Source of the DNA: Squalus acanthias | Lineage: Eukaryota | Direction: 5' to 3' | DNA length: 64,000 nucleotides | Assembly (NCBI GenBank): GCA_030390025.1 | Contig: CM059427.1 | Location: 5,580,001-5,644,000 of the forward strand | Shown here: one piece after another, positions 50,575-62,580 of the stretch | Layout: each line of letters opens with the position of its first letter | Position numbering within the stretch: position 1 is the stretch's first letter | Made by a program: the position numbers and the translations under genes | The notes under the pieces: generated by a model | Told to the model about the DNA's origin: nothing | The model's input: the letters and a program-made list of their open reading frames with translations, nothing else | The model's database searches: none

Positions 50575-53500
50575 TTTTTTTATTCGATCCTGGGATGTGG
50601 GCGTCACTGGCAAGACCAGCATTTATTGCCCATCCCTAATTGCCCTTGAGAAGGTGGTGGTGAGCCGCCTTCTTGAACCACTGCAGTCCGTGTGGTGAAG
50701 GTACTCCTAAAGTGCTGTTCAGGAGGGAGTTCCAGGATTTTGACCCAGCAACGATGAAGGAATGGCAATATATTTCCAAGTCAGGATGGTGTGTGACTTG
50801 GAGGGGAACTTGCAGCTGATGGTGTTCCCATGCGCCTGCTGCCCTTGTCCTTCTAGGTGTTCGCGGGTTTGGGAGGTGGTGCCGAAGAAGCCTTGGTGAG
50901 TTGCTGCAGTGCATCTTGTAGATGGTACACACTGCAGCCATGGTGTGCCGGTGGTGTAGGGAGTGAATGTTTAAGGTGGTGGATGGGGTGCCGATCAAGC
51001 AGGCTGCTTTGTCCTGGATGGTGTCGAGCTTCTTGAGTGTTGTTGGAGCTGCAGTCATCCAGGCAAGTGGAGAGTATTCCATCACACTCCTTACTTGTGC
51101 CTTGTAGATGGTGGAAAGGCTTTGGGGAGTCAGGAGGTGAGACAGTTGCCGCAGAATACCCAGCCTCTGACCCGCTCTTGTTGCCACAGTATTTATGTGG
51201 CTGGTCCAGTTAAGTTTCTGGTCAATGGTAACCCCCAGGATCTTGATGGTGGGGCATTCGGTGATGGTAATGCCATTGAATGTCATGGGGGCGGTGGTTA
51301 GACTCTCGCTTGTTGTAGATAGTCATTGCCTGGCACTTCTGTAGCGTGAATGTTACTTGCCATCTATCAGCCCAAGCCTGAATGTCGACCAGGTCTTGAG
51401 TGCGTCATGGACGGCTTCATTATCTGAGGAGTTGCGAATGGAACTGAACACTGCAATCATCAGTGAACGTCCCCACTTCTGACCTTATGATGGAGGGAAG
51501 GTCAGTGATGAAGCAGCTGGAGATGGTTGGGCCTAGGACACTGCCCTGAGGAACTCCTGCAGTGATGTCCTGGGGCCGAGATGATTGACCTCCAACAACC
51601 ACAACCATCTTCCTTTGTGCTAGGTATGACTCCAGCCAGTGGAGAGTTTCCCTCTGATTCCCATTGACTTCAATTTTGCTAGGGCTCCTTGATGCCACAC
51701 TCGGTCACATACTGCCTTGATGTCAAGGGCAGTCACACTCACTTTCCTTCTGGAATTCAGCTCCTTTGTCTATGTTTGGACCAAGGCTGTAATGAGGTCT
51801 GGAGCAGAGTGGTCCTGGCGGAATCCAAACTGAGCATCAGTGAGCAGGTTATTGGTGAGTAAGTGCCGCTTGATAGCACTGTCGATGACACCTTCCATCA
51901 CTTTGCTGATGATTGAGAGTAGACTGGTGAGGTGGTAATTGGCCGGATTGGATTTGTCCTGCTTTTTGTGGACAGGACATACCTGGGCAGTTTTCCACAT
52001 TGTCAGGTAGATGCCAGAGTTGTAGCTGTACTGGAACACCGTGGCTAGTTCTGGAGCACAAGTCTTCAGCACGACAGCCGGGGTGTTGTCGAGGCCCATA
52101 GCCTTTGCTGTATCCAGTGCGCTCAGCTGTTTCTTGATATCACGTAGAGTGAATTGAATTGGCTGAAGACTGGCTTCTGTGATGGTCGGGACCTCAGGAG
52201 GAGCCAATGTGGATCATCCACTCGGCACTTCTGGCTGAAGATGGTTGCAAGCGCTTCAGCCTTGTCTTTTGCACTCGCATGCTGGGCTCCGCCTTCATTG
52301 AGGGTGGGGCTATTCATGGAGCCTTCTCCTCCCATTAGTTGTTTAAATGTCCAACACCATTCACGACGATGTGGCAGGGCTGCAGAGCTTTTATCTGATC
52401 CGTTGATTGTGGGATCGCTTATCTCTGTCTATAGCATGCTGCTTCTGCTGTTTAGCATGAATGTAGTCCTGTGTTGCAGCTTCCCCAGGTTGGCACCTCA
52501 TTTTTAGGTATGCCTGGTGCTGCTCCTAGCATGCTCTTCTACACTCCTCATTCAACCATGGTTGGTCCCTTGGCTTGATGGTAATGGTAGAGTGAGGGAT
52601 ATGCCGTCCATGAGGTTACAGATTGTGGTGGAATACAATTCTGCTGCTGCTGATGGCCCACAGCACCTCATGGATGCCCAGTTTTGAGCTGCTAGATCTG
52701 TTGTGAATCTATCCCATTTAGCACGGTGGTAGTGCCACACAACACGATGGAGGGTGTCCTCCGTGTGAAGACGGGACTTCGTCTCCACAAGGACTGTGCG
52801 GCAGTCATTGCTACCAATGCTATTGTGGACAGATGCATCTGCGACAGGTAGATTGGTGAGGACGAGGTCTAATAGATTTTTCTCTCGTGTTGGTTCTCTC
52901 ACTACCTGCCGCAGGCCCAATCTGGCAGCTATGTCCTTCAAGACTCGGTCAGTAGTGGTGCTACCGAGCCACTCTTGGTGATTGACATTGAAGTCCCCCA
53001 CCCAGAGTACATTCTGTGCCCTTGCTACTCTCAGTGCTTCTTCCAAGTGGTGTTCAACATGGAGGAGTACTGATTCATCAGCTGAAGGTTGGGTAGATTG
53101 GGAAACTACATTAAAAGTTATAATGGTACACAAGCAATGGCTAGCATTTAAAGAATGAATACATAATTTACAACAAATATACATTCCTTTTAAGGCACAA
53201 AAACCCCACAGGAAAAGTGGTCAACTGTGCCTAGGAAGAGAAGTTAAAGATAGTATTAGATCAAAGGAAGAGGCTTATAATGTTGCCCAAAAGAGTAGCA
53301 AGCTTGAGGATTGGGAGGATTTGAGAATTCAGCAAAGGAGGACCAAGAAATTGATCAAGAAAGGGAAAATAGAATGAGAGTAAACTAGCGAGAGACATAA
53401 AAACAGCCTGTAAAAGCTTCTATAGATATGTAAAAAGGAAAAGATTAGCAAAAGTAAATGTGGGCCCCTTACAGGCTGAGACAGGAGAAATTATATTGGG

Positions 53501-55823
53501 GAATAAGGAAATGGCAGAGAAATTAAACAAATACTTTGTGTCTGTCTTCATGGAAGACGACACAAAAAACCTCCCGGAAATAGTAGAGAACCAAGGCTCT
53601 CGAGAGAATGAAGAACTGAAAGAAATTAGTATTAGTAAAAAATATAGTACTGGAGAAATTAATGGGACTGAAAGCCAATAAATCTCCTGGACCTGATGAC
53701 CTGCATCCTAGGGTTTTGAAAGAGTTGGCTATAGAGATAGTGGATGCATTGGTTGTCATTTTCCAAAATTCCATAGATTCTAAAACGGTTCCTGCGGATT
53801 GGAAGGTAGCAAATGTAACCCTACTATTTAAGAAAGGAGGGAGAGAGAAAACGGGGAACTACAGACCAGTTAGCCTGACATCAGCAGTAGGGAAAATGCT
53901 AGAATCTATTTTTAAGGAGTTTTTTGAGGTTGTAACTAGCAGAATAGATGAGGGGGAACCAGTGGATGTGGTGTATTTGGATTTTCAGAAGGCATTCGAT
54001 AAGGTGCCACACAAGAGGTTATTAAACAAAATTAGGGCTCATGGGATTGGGGGTAATATACTAGCATGGATTGAGGATTGGTTAACGGACAGAAAACAGA
54101 GAGTAGGAATAAATGAGTCAATTTCAGGTTGGCAGGCTGTAACTAGTGGGGTACTGCAAGGATCAGTGCTTGGGCCTCAGCTATTCACAATCTACATAAA
54201 TAATTTGGATGAGGACACCAAATGTAATTTATCCAAGTTTACTGATGATACAAAGCTGGGTGGGAATGTAAGTTGTGAGGAGGATGCAAGGCGACTTTAA
54301 GGGGATATGGACAGGCTAAGTGAGTGGGCAAGAACATGGCAAATGGAATATATTGTGGAGAAATGTGAAGTTATCCACTTTGGTAGGAAAAATAGAAAAG
54401 CAGAGTATTTTTTAAATGGTGAGAGATTGGGAAATGTTGGTGTTCAGAGGGACCTGGGTGTCCTTGTACAAGAATCACTGAAAGTTAACATGCAGGTACA
54501 ACAAGCAATTAGTAAAGCAAATGGTTTACAAGAGGATTTGAGTATATGAGTAAAGACGTCTTACTGCAATTATATAGGGCTCTGGTGAGACCACACCTGG
54601 AGTATTGTGTATAGTTTTGGTCTCCTTATCTAAGGAAGGATATACTTGCCATAGAGGGAGTGCAACAAAGGTTCACCAGTCTGGTTCCTGGGATGGGGGG
54701 GATTGTCCTATGAGGACAGATTGAGTAGACTAGGCCTATATTCTCTAGAGTTTAGAAGAATGGGAGGTGATCTCATTGAAGCATACAAAATTCTTACAGG
54801 ACTTGACAGGGAGGATGTTTCCCCTGGCTGGGGAGTCTAGAACCAGGGGTCACAGTCTCAGAATAAGGGGTTGGCCATTTAGGACTGAGATGAGGAGAAA
54901 TTTCTTCACTCAGAGGGTGGTGAATCTTTGGAATTCTCTACCCCAGAGGGCTGTGGAGGCTCAGTTGTTGAGTATATTCAAGACAGAGAGCGATAGATTT
55001 TTGAATATTAAGGGAATCGAGGGCTATGGGGATAGTAGCGATGAGGTGGAAGATCAGCCATGATCTTATTGAATGGTGGAGCAGGCTCGATGGGCCAAAT
55101 GGCCTACTCCTGCTCCTATTTCTTATGTTCTTATGTAATCAGCAGGGGGTTTGCTTGCCCATGTTTGACCTGATGCCATGAGACTTCAGGGCCACTCCCT
55201 CCCAACTGTATACCACTGTGCCGCCATCTCTGGTGAGTCTGTCCTGCCGGTGGGACAGGACATACCCAGGGATGGTGATTGAGGAGTCTGGGACATTGGC
55301 TGAAAGGTATGATTCTGTGAGTATGATTGTCAAGCTGTTGCTTGACAGTCTGTGGGACAGCTCTCCCAATTTAGGCACAAGTCTCCAGATGTTAGTGAGG
55401 AGGGCAGGGTTGACTGCTGGGTATGCCGTTGTCGTGTCCAAAGCCGGTGCCAAGGTCGATGCCGGGTGGTCCATCCAGTTTTAATCATATTGTTTTTCGT
55501 CGTGGTTGTGTACAACTGAGTGGCTTGCTGCGCCATTTCAGAGGGCATTTAAGAGTCAAACACATTGCTGTGGGTCTGGAGTCACATATAGGCCAGACCA
55601 GGTAAGGACGGCAGATTTCCTTCTCAAAAGATGGGTTTTTAACGGCAATCCAATAGTTTCATGGTCACCATTACTGATACTAGCTTTTTATTCTAGGTTT
55701 ATTTAATTAACTGATTTTAAAGTCCCCAGTTGCCATGGTGGGATTTGAACTTGCGTCTCTGAATCATTATTCCAGGCCTCTGGATTACTAGTCCAGTAAC
55801 ATAACCACTATGCTACCGTTCCC
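50575..55823 (-). mobile_element. tRNA-headed, ORF1-less CR1-group LINE (~3.2 kb; segments 55138-55823 and 50575-53087), disabled copy
   Basis: Sense strand: A box TAGCATAGTGG (55815-55805), B box GTTCAAATCC (55750-55741), Meta-like body, then EN (IILTESYL..IPGY..RQDR..GG; WVGDFNV; LLDLVLTN), RT (NPANY..SLLSIISKVME; QFGFR; [10 protein letters not shown]; FTDD) and C-terminus; tail gggcaattagggatgggcaataaatgctgg..cacatccca and an A-rich end. Confidence 0.88.
53088..55137 (+). mobile_element. CR1 LINE inserted into the endonuclease region of the tRNA-headed LINE
   Basis: ORF 53662..54300 KSPGPDDLHPRVLKE..NYRPVSLTS..YLDFQKAFDKVPH..QGSVLGP..FTDDTK; tail ttcttatgttcttatg. Confidence 0.95.
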
Positions 55824-55835
55824 TTAAAATACAAT

Positions 55836-56567
55836 GGCCCGGAATTTGCGGTCAGCAGCGAAGCAGAGGTGATTGCCGCTGGCCCCGGAGTAAGCTTCGC
55901 ACAAAGAGCTTGTGATCTCTGTGTCAAGAAGTTTGGATTTTCTGACGTTCAATTCAAATCAGTGGAGTATAGTGGGGATCCCGAGTGCGAGTTGCTGTGA
56001 TGTCAACAAGCTGTCTAAGCAGCCAATCAAAACACAGAATTCTCACAGACAGCGAACAAGGAAGTGCATAAGCTCTTAAAATTCTAACTTTTTAAAAAAG
56101 TTAGAGAGCAAAACCAGGATTGAGACTCTCACATGGGGAAAAGGCAAACCTGAAATAAAGATGAACGAACTTTAAGAAAAAGGTTCTTAAATTTTAAATG
56201 TATTAAAATGAATAAATTTCACACTGCACAAAATTAAAATTAGTTTTTCAGGACCATAACCTTTGTTTAGCAGTCATACGCTGTTAAACCCCAGCTACAC
56301 CTAATCCCTTTGGGTCTAAGTTATAGTGAGGAATTCAACAGCGTAATTACTGCATAAGTGCCAAAGTTTTTGTCAGTTTCCCTAATTTGAGTGATGACAC
56401 TGATTGCCGGCTCTGTGGTTGGGGTGGGCGCACAGTTCAGCCTGTGTCGGAGCAGCAAATGACAGACTGCAATTTGGCGCCAAATCCCGAAGTTACGGTT
56501 AGTTTCAAAGGCGGAATGACGGCGAACGCTGCCAGTTCGCTGTCATCTGGACCGCCAATTCCGGGCC
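55836..56567. mobile_element. Harbinger-type MITE
   Basis: TIR ggcccggaatt(t)gcggtc / gaccgc(c)aattccgggcc; AAT on both flanks. Confidence 0.85.
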
Positions 56568-58676
56568 AATATGATCAAGCATGTAGTTGGAAATAACATA
56601 TTTTGAGTCTGGTTAATTGAACTTTTTTTTGGAAGCCTATTAGCAGAAGTGTATTTGAAAATGACCTAAAACTAGACTGTTGTACATAATTGTAATTTGT
56701 ACTCTGCAACGTGGGGCAAGGGGAAGAAAAGTCATGAGAACCAGTGAAAGGTTGGTCCAGATTTTGTGTCGCGATATTTAAGTAACTTGTAGCTTTTTCA
56801 TACTGTACCCTGTTTATGGTTCATTGCTTTTGGGGTACATTAATATTCTGAAGTAATTGAGAGCTGTTACTGAATTTATATACTCCACCTTTGTTTTTTT
56901 TTAAATACTGAGCCTTAAAAATATTAGTTGATGCTGCCAAATCAGGGTCGTTTGATGTTGGATTTATACTTCACACTTGGGAAGTCAAACGAGCATGAGA
57001 TAGTCTCTTGACGGGGGTTTCACACTCTAGGACTTCAGTACATTTAGTTATGCGGTCACTTGTGTGTTGATATACCAAACCATTTGTATCAATGCAAGAG
57101 TGTTCACGTAAATGCAGTCTGAGAACATTCTTGCTATTTCAGAATTAAATATCTATTACTTAACCCATCTGGATGCACTTTGTTTCTCTCTCTCGCTTGT
57201 TAGATAGTTACTGTAGTGTAACAGTATATTAAAGAGACTACAAAAAATACTCCAAGCATTACTAAACTTGTGTGAAGTAAAAATGCGCTAGTAATTAAAT
57301 AGAAAGTATGTTCCATTTTCTGTTTCATGCCAGAAGTTGTTTCATTCAAGTATGGTGTAGAACTTTTACCTTTGCATACTGTACAAAATATGTTGCATTG
57401 CTGTTGGGTTACAAGACTGAGAGTTGTTTGTACTGAATACACTCCACTGCTGCTCCAGTATAGAACAACTAACTTTTCCAGGCCAGTGATCAAACTTGCT
57501 ACCCTCGTGTTCTGTATGTCTCAGTACCATGCCAGACAGTCTTTGGTGAGCTTAGGCTGATTTTTCAGTGGCTTCTCATGTAAAGAACGGTATTTCTTAA
57601 TGGTTGAATGGACCTGTGCGTGTGTTTTTTCTCCACATTTTCCAAGAAAAAAATATAGTCCTAAGAAGTAGAAAGCGAGAGAAAAATGGAAGAGAATTTG
57701 AAATGAAATGCAGGAAGTAAGTATCTCACTTTTGATATTATGCAAGTTACAACCTGCAAGTTACAGTTTTGCATCCTGTTATGTACTTAGTACAAAGAAC
57801 TTTGGTGAAATTCAAATGGTGAATTGTAAATCATTCCAAAACTTAACATATTTAGTAACATTTCAATAATATGTTCACTATGGACAGGATAGATCTAGCT
57901 TGAAGTGGCCTTCTGACCGCAGTTTACACACAGTATTGATAGACGTGAGCAAACTAAAGGACATTTGCTTTTTAAAAAAAAAACTGAAGCAAAAGCTATA
58001 CATAGCTGTTTCATGAATTACTGCACTTGTATCCAACTTCCACTTTGTGGAAATTTTATAACGTAGAGAAAGGGTGGATTGGGGATAGCTCTTACATATG
58101 GGCCTGCTCAGCACTGTATTCTCATCAGTGATCCAAACTATAGAGTCAACCAGATACGGAAACATTTTGGTGCCGGTTTGAAAGAAAAGAGCAAATTAAA
58201 CTGGGCGCTAGAACCAACTTCTGTACTCTGGTTGCTAAAAAAATTGAGGAGAAAACAGTTCATGGAGATGAATTGAGACAAAAGATAAAGATTTGTTAGA
58301 ATTACTGAATTGCCTTTAAATGTCGTGTTTTAAAATGTTATTTCCCTATTGACGGTAAATGATATGCAATCTGTTGGCCTGTCTCATCAATTGGAAAACC
58401 CCTCACATCTATTGTGTTGAAAGTCTATGATCCCTTTTTGGCTATGACCAGAGGAAGATAGAACACAGTCAGTCAGGTTTTTGAAACCAAACAGACTGAG
58501 GGATAGTTAAAGTCATCTTGTTTGTCAAATGATGTTGGGAAATGTAGTTTTTTTTTGTATTATTACACTAAAGTTGTACTGATTCAAATAAGTAGTTCTG
58601 ATCATAACTGTTGCTCTTGATGTTCACCTGCTGTGAAATGAAGAAGCTTAATGACTCTTATCTGGTCTTGTCTCAG

Positions 58677-58879
58677 CAAGTGTTTACACTATCCACCTTC
58701 AAGAAGATTGAAGAAGCACATGCAAAAGACAAATATCCACTTCAGGTCACAAGGGAGTACTGTGGTACACCCCCTGGTTCAGCTATCATACCAGTAGATA
58801 ATAGGGCAGTATGGGTCAACTTCCATCAAAGAAAGTTACTCAGACTGCTTATGAAACTGATGCCACTGAATCCGAGAAG
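58677..58879 (+). other. Candidate exon of the host gene
   Basis: Non-repeat; acceptor gtcttgtctcag|, donor aag|gtatct; internal agtATGg at 58811 opens MGQLPSKKVTQTAYETDATESEK. Confidence 0.3.
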
Positions 58880-59207
58880 GTATCTAAGGCAAGCCCCTAA
58901 ACTTGTAACACTAATGTAGTGAAAACTATTAATGTAACATGCACTTATTATACAGAGAGAGTACTTTAAGGATAGGACTGTTTGTGCTTCAGTTGTGCAG
59001 TCACTTTCAGAGTTAGGCATTGAAAAATTTCTCTAATTTTGGATTACTGAATGAAGAGTGCTGTTCCCAAAATAGATAGCTCTAGTGAGCTGCAGATTCT
59101 TGATATTGGTCTTTCCCTAAGTGGGAGAGAGAAGTCCAGAATAGAGTAAGTGCTTTATCCATTGGATGGAAAATAGCTCGAGTCATTCTGCACTGCATAT
59201 ACACAAT

Positions 59208-60044
59208 GGGCTGGATTTTACTCACGGAGATGTGTTGGGGGCGGGACTGCTGCCTTCCGGGTTCTAGTCCCCCCAGCACAGACGCTATTTTCCCCTGATT
59301 GGCCTTGTTAAGCCTGCCCTGCGGGCTTGCTGGCCAGTTAAGGGAAAGCCGGTGTCAGATGACAGATGATGCTTCATCTGCCGGTTTTCTTAAAGGCACA
59401 TGAACCATAAATTTTTGACATGATTTGACAGTGTTTGACAGCATTGAGGTGCTGTCAAACACTGACAATCATTGGACACAGGTGAGCCCTTGCACCCAGA
59501 CTCTCCAGTGACTCTCTCCTTGGGATGAAACAAATGGCAGGTGAGGGTACAGAAGCGATCTGCCACTTCTCCCATTGAGGTGAGGCCACACAAACACTTC
59601 AAAGCTTGTCACCTACAGAAAAATCTAAACACATTAAAATGACTTTCCCAACATTTCCTTACCTCTGATACTCACCAGTGTCCCATTGCATCCTTCACAC
59701 CACTTCTGCAGCTGTCATCTATACACCAACATTACAACAGACCCACAGCTCGCCTCACTTACCCTGGCGGGGTTCCCCGACATCGGGAAGCCCGCAGCAG
59801 GAGTCTAAAAATTGAAAAAAGCCTCTTAACTGCCTGTTAACTACCTGTTAACAGGCAGTTAAGTGGCAAAAATCCTCTTCCCGCCACTAGGAGTCGGGTC
59901 CCTGCGCAAATCGGGGACCCGATTCCCGGGAAGATTGGTTGGAGGCGGGTTGGCAGCGGGTTCGGGACCCGCTCCCATTCATTTTGACTTTGCCAGCAGT
60001 CCCGCCTCCAAACCCGCCTCCTCAGGGCTGGTAAAATCCAGCCC
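59208..60044. mobile_element. Harbinger-type MITE
   Basis: TIR gggctggatttta / taaaatccagccc; flanks AAT/AAA; same family as 43466. Confidence 0.8.
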
Positions 60045-60722
60045 AAAGACTAAGTGGCAGGCTGAGTCAGAGGTAGGCAGAGATAGTGGATGCATTGGTT
60101 GTGATCTTCCAAAATTCCCTGGATTCTAGAATGCTCCCAGTGGATTGGAAGGTAGCAAATGTAACGCCGCAATTCAAGAAAGGATGGAGAGAGTAAACGG
60201 AGAACTACAGGCCAGTTAGCCTGACATCAGTTGTTGGGGAAAATGCTGGAAATCCATTGTTAAGGAAGTGGTAACAGGGCACTTAGAAAATCATCATATG
60301 ATTAGGCAGAGTAAGCATGGTTTTATGAAAGGATAATCGTGTTTAACAAATTTATTAGAGTTCTTTGAGGATGCAATTAGCAGGGTAGATAAAGGGGAAC
60401 CAGTGGATGTAGTATATTTGGATTTCCAAAAGGCATTCGATAAGGTGCCACATAAAAAGGTTGCTACGATAGATAAAGGCCCATGGGTTTGGGGGTAATC
60501 TATTAGCACGGACAGAAAACAGAGAGTAGGGAATAAATGGGTAATTTTCCGGTTGGCAGGCTGTAACTAGTGGGGTGCCGCAAGGATCAGTGCTTGGGCC
60601 TCAGCTATTTACAATCTATATTCATGACGGGACTGAGTGCAATGTATCCAGGTTTGCCGACAATACAAAACTAGGTGGGAAAGTAAGCTGTGAGGAGGAG
60701 ACAAAGAGCCTGCAAAGGGATA

Positions 60723-62580
60723 CAAGAACATAAGAAATAGGAGCAGGAATAGGCCACTTGGCCCCTCGAGCCTGCTCCGCCATTCAATAAGGTCATGGCT
60801 GATCTTGGGCTCAAAGCCATTTCCCCGCCCGCTCCCCATAACCCTTCACTCCATTTTCTTGCAAAAATGTGTCTATCTCCACCTTAAATGTATTTAATGA
60901 CCCAGCCTCCGCAGCTCTCTGGGGCAGAGAATTCCACAGATTTATGACCCTCAGAGAAGAAATTCCTCCTCATCTCAGTTCTAAAAGGGCGACCCTTTAT
61001 TCTAAAACTGTGCCCCCGCGTTCTAGCTTTCCCCACGAGGGGAAACATCCTCTCTGCATCTACCTTGTCGAGCACCCTCAGTATCTTATGCTTCAATAAG
61101 ATCACCTCTCATTCTTCTAAATTCCAATGAGTATAGGCCCAGCCTGCTCAAGCTATCCTCATAAGTCAACCCCCTCATCTCTGGAATTACCCTAGTGAAT
61201 TGTCTCTGAACTGCCTCCAATGCAAGTATATCCTTCCTTTAAATAAGGAGACCAAAACTGTACGCAGTACTCAAGGTGTGGTCTCACCAATACCCTGTAC
61301 AGTTGTAGCAGGACTTCCCTGCTTTTATACTCCAACCCCTTTGAAATAAAGGCCAACATTCCATTTGCCTTTTTGATTACTTGCTGTACCTGCATGCTAA
61401 CTTTATGTTTCATGCGCAAGGACCCCCAGTTACATAGAAACATAGAATCTAGGAGCAGGAGTAGGCCATTCGGCCCGTCGAGCCTGCTCCGCCATTCAAT
61501 ACGATCATGGCTGATCATCCAAATCCAGTACCCTGTCCCTGCTTTAATCCCCACAGTACACATATCCCACCCTACCCCCGTAACCCCACGTATTTAATTC
61601 CCCCCAACATATCCCATCCTATCCCCATAACCCCACATATTTAATCCCCCCTAACACTAAGGGTCAATTTCCCTCTGTTCCCTCAGTTCCCTCTGAACTG
61701 TAGCATTTTGTAATCTCTCTCCATTTAAAAAATAATTTGCTTTCTTATTTTTCCTGCCACAGTGCATAACCTCGCACTTTCCCACATTATACTCCATCTG
61801 CCAAATGTTTGCCCACTCACTTAACCTGTCTATATCCCTTTGCAGGTTCTTTGAGTCCTCTGCACAACTTGCTTTCCCTCCCATCTTTGTATCATCCGCA
61901 AACTTGGCTACATTACACTCGGTCCCTTCATCCAAGTCATTAATGTAGATTGTAAATAGTTGAGGCCCCAGCACCGATCCCTGTGGCACCCCACTAGTTA
62001 CCGTTTGGCAACCGGAAAATTAACCATTTATCCCGACTCTCTGCTTTCTGTTAGCTAGCCAATTCTCTATCCAAGCTAATATATTGCCCCCAATTCTGTG
62101 AGCTCTTAGCTTATGCAGTAACCTTTTATGTGGCACCTTATCGAATGTCTTCTGGAAATCTAAATACACCACATCCACTGGTTCACCTTTGTCCACCCTG
62201 CTCGTTACCTCCTCAAAGAACTCCAGCAAGTTTGTTAAACATGATTTCCCTTTCATAAAACCATGCTGACTCTGCTTGACTGCATTATGATTTTCCAAAT
62301 GCCCTGCTACTGCTTCCTTAATGAAGGACTCCAGCATTTTCCCAATGACAGATGTTAGGCTAACTGATCTATAGTTTCCTGCTTTCTGTCACCCGCCTTT
62401 CTTAAATAGGGGTGTTACATTTGTGGTTTTCCAATCCACTGGGACCTCTCCAGAGTCCAGGTAATTTTGGTATATTGCAGCCAATGCATCCACTATCTCT
62501 GCAGTCACTTCTTTTAAGACCCTGGGATGCAGGCCATCTGGTTGAGGGGTCTTCTCCTCCTTTTAGTTCCATTATTTTGC
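60723..62580 (-). mobile_element. CR1 LINE nested in the opposite orientation
   Basis: ORFs 62020..62337 (QHGFMKGKSCLTNLLEFFEEV..FDKVPH) and 61657..61989 ([14 protein letters not shown]); tail at 60723. Confidence 0.93.
61430..61670 (-). mobile_element. HE1-type V-SINE, 5'-truncated, nested in a CR1
   Basis: Reverse complement closely matches 33038-33292, including the internal ggggattaaata.gtggggtta.ggg tandem duplication. Confidence 0.85.
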
